The notes beneath the pieces are model-generated. The model made no database searches. It saw nothing but the letters and a program-made list of their open reading frames with translations, and was not told the DNA's origin. Positions 57,911 to 64,000 of a DNA stretch of 64,000 bases are shown here, piece by piece (the stretch's first letter is position 1; each line of letters begins with the position of its first letter). Source of the stretch: Desulfosudaceae bacterium (lineage in GTDB: Bacteria; Desulfobacterota; Desulfobacteria; Desulfobacterales; Desulfosudaceae); NCBI GenBank assembly GCA_963674745.2, contig CAXXDV010000003.1:704001-768000 (forward strand), written 5' to 3'. The translations under genes were made by a program, and so were the position numbers.

Positions 57911-60554
57911 GGTCCGTTCCCGGGAACCGGAAAATGAATGACAATGACCGATACAAGAAAAGCGCATTATGGTATATGTCGTTGTCCGTTGTCGTCATGA
58001 CGATGATTGCCCTGATGACCCGGATGCAAGGGCTTAATCCGCCTTCTCTTTTTATCGACGATCTCTGGCAGGGCCTTTTGTCCGGTGCCTCCCTGCCGGA
58101 TCAATTCAGGTTACGTTCTTCAGCCCCCATTGCTTTTACGGCGCTTTTGGGAACGGCTTTACGTCTTATACCTGACCCGGAATTGAGCCTGCAGCTGGTT
58201 CCTTTTCTGGCCGGTCTGGCGCTGATCCCGCTTATGGCCTGGGTCGTCTACCGGTTGACCAAAAATCCCCCGGCAGCGGTTCTGGCGGCCGCCATGATCA
58301 CCTTTGCCCCGCAGGTGGCTGAGCTTTCCATCCGCGTCAAACAGTATGCCCTTGACGCGTTGCTGGTGGCTGTCCTTCTACTGCTGGCGATCATTGTCTG
58401 TGAAGAAAAGAAATATTTTACCCTGCTGGTTGTCGCCGCGTTGACGTCCCTTCTTTTTTCATTCAGTTCCGCGGTTGTGTCCGTACTGTTGATCAGCGCC
58501 TTTGCCGTTTCCCATTGGCGGGGCCTTCTGAAGAAGGCGAAAAACCGGTGGATACTTGTCAACCTGGCTGTGTTTTTTATCTGTACCGGTCTATATTACG
58601 GTTTTGTCTTAAGCGGGCAGAAAAATCTGGGTCTGGAAGTGTTCTGGCGGGGCTGTTTTCCTGATTCGTTTCAGGGCTTTTTTTCCGGACTGACGGCCCT
58701 TTTTAAAGCGCTTGTACCGAAACCTGAAAATCTGTCTTCACAATGGGTCGAGCCTTTTCGTCAGGCGCTGTCTTTTGTTTATATCGGTCTTGCCGCTTTC
58801 GGGGCGTTAATGATTGTTCGCAAGCCTGCTTACCGGTGGCTGGGCATCTGTCTTGTGTGCCTGTACCCGGTGCTGTGCATGATGGCTTTTCTGCACTTAT
58901 ATCCGCTGGGGGGTGGGCGGACGGATCTGTTCACCTATCCGGTAACCATTTTATTAATATCGTCTGGCCTGGCCGGGCTGTTTGAGAGTCTGAAAAGAAA
59001 AATATGGCGGATGGATCGAATGCTCATCGTTTGCGCTGTTTTCGTCCTGCCATTCTGCATACCATCGATTCTGGGCCCCAAAATTTATTATCGGACCGGT
59101 GGTAAATTACCTGAGATGGTTTCTAGCGCGCAGGCTGCCATGCGCCCTGATGACGGCCTCATTGTTTATCCCCATTGCGCTTTCTGCTTTGCTTATTACA
59201 GTAACTGGCCTGTATTTCTTGAACCCTGTGACTATTACGCTGCCGGTTTTAACCCGGTGATCAAGCAGGGCAATGTGCATGTTCTTCCCGGGGAGATTGG
59301 ATATACCGATCATCCGGAAATTCTTGTCCCGGAACTACAGGCGATAATAGACCGCGGTTATCCCGGTCTGGTTTTTTTTACCATGGCTGTGCCCGCCAGT
59401 GATCATTTCAATCGTTATGTCAACAATCACTTGAAAAGTTGCGGATATTTTCCGATCGGAAAAATTCAAGACCGGGCCATTGCTGCAATAATAATTTACC
59501 GCGCTGATATGGACGGACCGTCCCGGGAACCGGAAAATGAGTGACAACGACCGGTACAAGAAAACCGCGATACGGTTTATGCTGTTGTCCGTTGCGGTAA
59601 TGACCGTGATTGCCCTGATGACCCGGATGCAAGGGCTTAATCCGCCTTCTCTTTTTATCGACGATCTCTGGCAGGGCCTTTTGTCCGGTGCCTCCCTGCC
59701 GGATCAATTCAGGTTACGTTCTTCAGCCCCCATTGCTTTTACGGCGCTTTTGGGAACGGCTTTACGTCTTATACCTGACCCGGAATTGAGCCTGCAGCTG
59801 GTTCCTTTTCTGGCCGGTCTGGCGCTGATCCCGCTTATGGCCTGGGTCGTCTACCGGTTGACCAAAAATCCCCCGGCAGCGGTTCTGGCGGCCGCCATGA
59901 TCACCTTTGCCCCGCAGGTGGCTGAGCTTTCCATCCGCGTCAAACAGTATACCCTTGACGCGTTGCTGGTGGCTGTCCTTCTACTGCTGGCGATCATTGT
60001 CTGTGAAGAAAAGAAATATTTTACCCTGCTGGTTGTCGCCGCGTTGACGTCCCTTCTTTTTTCATTCAGTTCCGCGGTTGTGTCCGTACTGTTGATCAGC
60101 GCCTTTGCCGTTTCCCATTGGCGGGGCCTTCTGAAGAAGGCGGAAAACCGGTGGATACTTGTCAACCTGGCTGTATTTTTTGTCAGTACCGGTATATATT
60201 ACGGTTTTGTCTTAAGCGGGCAGAAAAATCTGGGTCTGGAAGTGTTCTGGCGGGGCTGTTTTCCTGATTCGTTTCAGGGCTTTTTTTCCGGACTGACGGC
60301 CCTTTTTAAAGCGCTTGTACCGAAACCTGAAAATCTGTCTTCACAATGGGTCGAGCCTTTTCGTCAGGCGCTGTCTTTTGTTTATATCGGTCTTGCCGCT
60401 TTCGGGGCGTTAATGATTGTTCGCAAGCCTGCTTACCGGTGGCTGGGCATCTGTCTTGTGTGCCTGTACCCGGTGCTGTGCATGATGGCTTTTCTGCACT
60501 TATATCCGCTGGGGGGTGGGCGGACGGATCTGTTCACCTATCCGGTAACCATTT
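57911..60554 (+). repeat. Tandem gene duplication, 1603-bp offset, with a near-identical core
   Basis: About 58005-58951 matches about 59608-60554 with only a handful of substitutions; the upstream motif CCCGGGAACCGGAAAATGA is also repeated. Confidence 0.92.
57934..59544 (+). CDS. GT-C (family 39/PMT_2-like) membrane glycosyltransferase, copy 1
   Basis: SLFIDD in the first loop, many TM helices, VKQYALD, YPLGGGRTDLF. Confidence 0.75.
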   Translation: MNDNDRYKKSALWYMSLSVVVMTMIALMTRMQGLNPPSLFIDDLWQGLLSGASLPDQFRLRSSAPIAFTALLGTALRLIPDPELSLQLVPFLAGLALIPLMAWVVYRLTKNPPAAVLAAAMITFAPQVAELSIRVKQYALDALLVAVLLLLAIIVCEEKKYFTLLVVAALTSLLFSFSSAVVSVLLISAFAVSHWRGLLKKAKNRWILVNLAVFFICTGLYYGFVLSGQKNLGLEVFWRGCFPDSFQGFFSGLTALFKALVPKPENLSSQWVEPFRQALSFVYIGLAAFGALMIVRKPAYRWLGICLVCLYPVLCMMAFLHLYPLGGGRTDLFTYPVTILLISSGLAGLFESLKRKIWRMDRMLIVCAVFVLPFCIPSILGPKIYYRTGGKLPEMVSSAQAAMRPDDGLIVYPHCAFCFAYYSNWPVFLEPCDYYAAGFNPVIKQGNVHVLPGEIGYTDHPEILVPELQAIIDRGYPGLVFFTMAVPASDHFNRYVNNHLKSCGYFPIGKIQDRAIAAIIIYRADMDGPSREPENE

Positions 60555-61102
60555 TGTTGTTGTCATCCTGTCTGGTCCGGTTGTTTGAGAGTATGTCCAA
60601 AAGAAAATGGCGGTCAGACTGGACGACGCTTGTGTGCGGCTTGATTGCGCTGCCTTTTTGTCTGCCCTCGCTACTGGCACCAGGTATCTCTTATCCGACG
60701 GGCGGTAAACTGCCGGAAATGGTTTCCCGGGCCGAAGCGGCATTGCGCGCAGATGACGGTCTTATTATTATTCCCCACTGCTCTTTTTGTTTTGCCTACT
60801 ACTGCGATTGGCCTGTTTCTCTTGAGCCCAGCGACTTTTATGCTGCCGGCTTCAACCCGGTGATCAATCGGGCCAATGTGCATGTTCTGTCCGGTTTCAA
60901 GGACTATGGTGAACGTCCCGGCGTACTTTCCAGTGAAATTAAGGCCATTATAGACCGCGGTTATCGTGGCCTGGTATTTTTTACGATGGATATGCCGGCC
61001 AGTGATTATATCCAAAAATATTTGATTCGTTACGGATATTGTCCCATAGAAACAATTGAAGATCAGGCTATTGTTTCAATAATTGTTTTTCGACGAAAGT
61101 GA
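59537..61102 (+). CDS. GT-C (family 39/PMT_2-like) membrane glycosyltransferase, copy 2
   Basis: Same motifs as copy 1; diverged C-terminal third. Confidence 0.75.
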   Translation: MSDNDRYKKTAIRFMLLSVAVMTVIALMTRMQGLNPPSLFIDDLWQGLLSGASLPDQFRLRSSAPIAFTALLGTALRLIPDPELSLQLVPFLAGLALIPLMAWVVYRLTKNPPAAVLAAAMITFAPQVAELSIRVKQYTLDALLVAVLLLLAIIVCEEKKYFTLLVVAALTSLLFSFSSAVVSVLLISAFAVSHWRGLLKKAENRWILVNLAVFFVSTGIYYGFVLSGQKNLGLEVFWRGCFPDSFQGFFSGLTALFKALVPKPENLSSQWVEPFRQALSFVYIGLAAFGALMIVRKPAYRWLGICLVCLYPVLCMMAFLHLYPLGGGRTDLFTYPVTILLLSSCLVRLFESMSKRKWRSDWTTLVCGLIALPFCLPSLLAPGISYPTGGKLPEMVSRAEAALRADDGLIIIPHCSFCFAYYCDWPVSLEPSDFYAAGFNPVINRANVHVLSGFKDYGERPGVLSSEIKAIIDRGYRGLVFFTMDMPASDYIQKYLIRYGYCPIETIEDQAIVSIIVFRRK

Positions 61103-61148
61103 CGGCATTCCCGGTCGGCATGGCCATGGATGTCATACCGTGAATGGT

Positions 61149-62222
61149 TTATTTCCTGCAGAAATAATGCAGGTTGAAACTGTCTTCGGGTACGGGGGTA
61201 ACGTGGCAATCCGTGAATCCGGCCGACTGGAGCATTTCTATCGCCAGCTGTTTTCCCCACATCATACCCAGCCCCCGGCCGTTGTCGGCCAGCCCCACCG
61301 GCAGGCAGTGCATGAGGCTGACGGTATACAGGAACGGGCCCATGGGGTGTGACAGGTTCTCAGAAAGACGGGTGTCGGCCGCAATATCCACCATGGAAAA
61401 GGCACCCCCGGGTTTGAGCATGGCGTAAACGCCGAGCAGCGCCTCCTGAGGCCGGTTCTGATCATGAATGGCATCAAAGGCGGTTATGTAATCAAACGAG
61501 GCTTCATATTTTTTCCATGTCTCCGCGTCGGCGGCGTCCAGGTGGTGGAATTCAATATTTTCCAGTCCTTTTTCCGCGGCCCGCTGGCCGGCCAGTTGAA
61601 TCACTTCCCGCGACAGGTCGATGCCGACAAATGTGCTGGCGGGAAAGGCTTCGGCCATCAGTATCAGGGCCACGCCCTCGGCGCACCCCAGGTCACAGAC
61701 CCGGATACCCTCTGTCAACCGTTCCATCATGCGGCCATCATCCACCGAGGGTAGAAATACATTTACCAGAACGGCCTGGTGTTTGGCATTGGCCAGCTGG
61801 GTCATGAAGGCCTGAAACCGGGGGTAGTGCTCATAAGCGACGCCCTGTCCGGTGTGAAAGCCATCAAACACCGGCTCCATGGCACACTGGGTGAGGAGAG
61901 GGATTTCCTGGGTATATACGCCCAGGTTGGCGTTGCCCGCCCGCCGGGTCAGCAAATCGGCATGGGCCGGCGGCAGAAAGAACAGGTCCGTTCCCTCGGG
62001 GCTTTCTGACAGTTCGATAATTTCACCGGTTACCATGACACCCAGCCATTCGCGCACATAGCGCTGGTTAAGGCCGGCCTTTTGGACAATAACGCTTACC
62101 GGTTGCGGCGTTTCAAACGTATCCATGACATCAAAGAGCCGGGTGCGATAACCCAAAGCCATGGCCAGATTCAAAGAACCGTAATTTAATATGTCCGTCA
62201 TTTTTTCCGCGAATGTTTTCAT
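61149..62222 (-). CDS. Class I SAM-dependent methyltransferase with N-terminal winged helix (Rv2258c-like)
   Basis: RYVREWL, VCDLGCAEG, FVGIDLS, FDAIHDQ, LYTVSLMHCLPVGL...GLGMMWG. Confidence 0.92.
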   Translation of the reverse strand: MKTFAEKMTDILNYGSLNLAMALGYRTRLFDVMDTFETPQPVSVIVQKAGLNQRYVREWLGVMVTGEIIELSESPEGTDLFFLPPAHADLLTRRAGNANLGVYTQEIPLLTQCAMEPVFDGFHTGQGVAYEHYPRFQAFMTQLANAKHQAVLVNVFLPSVDDGRMMERLTEGIRVCDLGCAEGVALILMAEAFPASTFVGIDLSREVIQLAGQRAAEKGLENIEFHHLDAADAETWKKYEASFDYITAFDAIHDQNRPQEALLGVYAMLKPGGAFSMVDIAADTRLSENLSHPMGPFLYTVSLMHCLPVGLADNGRGLGMMWGKQLAIEMLQSAGFTDCHVTPVPEDSFNLHYFCRK

Positions 62223-62302
62223 CGAACCTCCATTCCGGTTATCCTTTTTATGCTTTTCCTTAAATGGCCTATTCTCAGGCAGCCAACCCGGGAAATTTCT
62301 GA

Positions 62303-62830
62303 TTAATCTTCTTGTGGGGAAAAGGCCTGTTTATCTTTTGTGGCAACAACGATCAACAGCAGGATATTGGCAACAATCCAGAGCAGGCTGCCCACGATCA
62401 AGCCCATTCCCATGAATGACAGGACGGCCATGAACAATATCGATTTCAGCAGGCTGAAACCAATGGAAACGCCCGCGGCCGTATAAAACAACCGGATGGC
62501 CGTGGGGCTGATCTGAAGAAGCCGTATACAGGAAAAAATATAAAATATGCATACCGCAGTCGAGGCGACACCGGTAATCAGGCAGAATGTATTGAACCAG
62601 TCGGGGATGTCCCACATCTGTTCCATCCGCTGCATCATTTCCGCTGGAGGCATCTGATCGGGATCGGTGATATCGTATTCTTCCATGGACGTCTTCGTAT
62701 CCGTCCAGAGATTTTTCTGAATGTCGATCATTTTGGGCGTCATAATTGTCAGCCCGCCCCCGAAAAATCCCAGGCACCCGATAAGGATGCCGATCACGCC
62801 AACCATCGTTGCCCATGTCGGTCGTTTCAT
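62303..62830 (-). CDS. Hypothetical 4-TM membrane protein
   Basis: Four hydrophobic segments, KRPTW N-terminus, upstream AAGGGA. Confidence 0.75.
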   Translation of the reverse strand: MKRPTWATMVGVIGILIGCLGFFGGGLTIMTPKMIDIQKNLWTDTKTSMEEYDITDPDQMPPAEMMQRMEQMWDIPDWFNTFCLITGVASTAVCIFYIFSCIRLLQISPTAIRLFYTAAGVSIGFSLLKSILFMAVLSFMGMGLIVGSLLWIVANILLLIVVATKDKQAFSPQED

Positions 62831-62860
62831 TTAAAAAGTCCCTTCTTGCCTGTTCGCCGA

Positions 62861-63739
62861 TCAATTATTGCCAAGCAGAAATTTCAGCGGTATATGCACC
62901 CGTTTCCGCCAGGCCCGTTCGGAATGCGCCGCCCCTTCGAAACAATGTGTTACCCAATCCTGATTTTGGCCATATCCCTTGGCTCGCATTATCTTATCGA
63001 CTTTTGTTTGATAGGGTTCATACAGGGCGTCCAGCGTTTTTGTGCCGTGATCAAAATAGATCCGATGCCTTCCCGGTTCCGGAAGGGCATCTTTCAAATA
63101 TTCCACCATGACGCCGTCACCGGCCGGCCAGTGCGTGGAAAGGCAGCCCGCACCACCGAACACTTCCGGGTACTCACACAGGGCGTAAAGAGAAAGGAGC
63201 GCGCCCATACTTGACCCCATGATAAAAGTATGTTCCCGTCCAATAAGGGTGGTGAATTCACCATCTATCATCGGTTTTAACTCTTCTGTCAAAAAATGCA
63301 GGTATTGATCGGAAACCGGCGGGCCGCCGTTTTCGCTAACAAAACGGGCTGTGCTCTCCTGGTCGGCCATTTCCATGGCTTTCCGGGGCATATACTCCCG
63401 GAACCGCCGGGCCGTGTCCCAGACGCCGACAACAACCGCCGGCGGGATATCACCGCTGTCCGTCAGGCGCGTCACCGCCCGATCCATGGCCCAGATTTCA
63501 CCGCCATTGGAGACGTACGGGTCAAACAGATTATGCCCGTCCTGCATGTAAATCACCGGCAATGAACGCTTTCCGTCATATTGGGGCGGAAGCCAGATGT
63601 CGACATGTCGCGAGGCAACAAACGCCGAAGAGACATGTTCGTATCGTTTTAATGTGCCGGTCATGGTTTTATGCACGATGCCCTGCCTTCCATCAATTAT
63701 CGGTTTCTGATTCTGGACGATATTTATTTCTCCTGCCAA
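62861..63739 (-). CDS. Putative esterase (alpha/beta hydrolase, Fes/IroE-like)
   Basis: IWLPPQY, PVIYMQDGHNLFD, GSSMGA, YFDHGT, HSERAWRKR. Start may be at MTGTL. Confidence 0.9.
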   Translation of the reverse strand: MAGEINIVQNQKPIIDGRQGIVHKTMTGTLKRYEHVSSAFVASRHVDIWLPPQYDGKRSLPVIYMQDGHNLFDPYVSNGGEIWAMDRAVTRLTDSGDIPPAVVVGVWDTARRFREYMPRKAMEMADQESTARFVSENGGPPVSDQYLHFLTEELKPMIDGEFTTLIGREHTFIMGSSMGALLSLYALCEYPEVFGGAGCLSTHWPAGDGVMVEYLKDALPEPGRHRIYFDHGTKTLDALYEPYQTKVDKIMRAKGYGQNQDWVTHCFEGAAHSERAWRKRVHIPLKFLLGNN

Positions 63740-63924
63740 TTACAAGCGAATTTATAAAAACAGCCTCCGGAACAGCGTATTGATAAAATGCCTGTGTCGT
63801 CAATAATATGGCTATACTTTTTGATCATGATATCGTATAATAAAAAAAATTATTCAAAAGAATCCGTCAGGGCTCATTCTAAAAAAGGCCGTTAGCAACA
63901 ACATTCAAATCCAGGCCGGGCATC

Positions 63925-64000
63925 ATGACCAGACCTATCCGCAATGAAAAAGACAGCCTGGGGGAAAAAGAAATTCCACAGGACAAGTATTACGGTATTC
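63925..64000 (+). CDS. N-terminus of an aspartate ammonia-lyase / class II fumarase (truncated by the window edge)
   Basis: Translated by hand: MTRPIRNEKDSLGEKEIPQDKYYGI, fits R.E.D.LG...P...YYG of AspA/FumC. Confidence 0.8.
   Translation, partial: MTRPIRNEKDSLGEKEIPQDKYYGI

Noticed and set aside
1..64000. CRISPR array, tRNA, rRNA, selenocysteine read-through
   Set aside because: No regularly spaced short repeats with unique spacers, no recognisable structural RNA gene, and no gene obviously cut short by TGA at a Cys position. This was by eye only; tRNAscan-SE and Infernal were not run.

Overview
Chromosomal window from an anaerobic delta-proteobacterium-like organism (Desulfobacterota-type gene content; this is an inference). 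Left to right it contains: a truncated lipoprotein gene; a 1047-aa radical SAM/ArsM-like methyltransferase/DUF5714 fusion next to a VTT(DedA)-flavin disulfide reductase fusion; hisI-hisG and engB-era-ATP-grasp-HNH; a secreted-protein island (two tandem S8 proteases built from 753-bp GEVED-containing modules, a lone STN-like protein, a PKD-repeat protein); a DUF523/DUF1722 gene; a 10-gene MoxR/DUF58/SpoIIM/RDD operon with zinc-finger membrane proteins; ydbH-ynbE-ydbL; a CI-like repressor-umuD-umuC cassette; an AOR-family oxidoreductase with ferredoxin; a VIT/VWA-PEP-CTERM protein, exosortase K and creBC preceded by a four-copy cre-tag; a TPR-GAF sigma54 activator; four GT-C-type glycosyltransferases (two form a tandem duplication); hydrolases; a methyltransferase; and the start of a fumarase/aspartase gene. 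GTAG-type REP/REPIN elements occur at three sites. No rRNA, tRNA, CRISPR array, integrase or transposase was seen. The best candidates for undescribed systems are (1) a mutagenesis cassette whose UmuD has lost both catalytic residues and most of its N-terminal arm, under a cleavable repressor with a visible operator, (2) the single-chain rSAM-ArsM-DUF5714 enzyme with a cysteine-free SPASM-like domain, and (3) a CreBC locus with an exosortase-sorted VIT/VWA protein where creD would be expected. All family calls come from motif recognition by eye; no database search was run.
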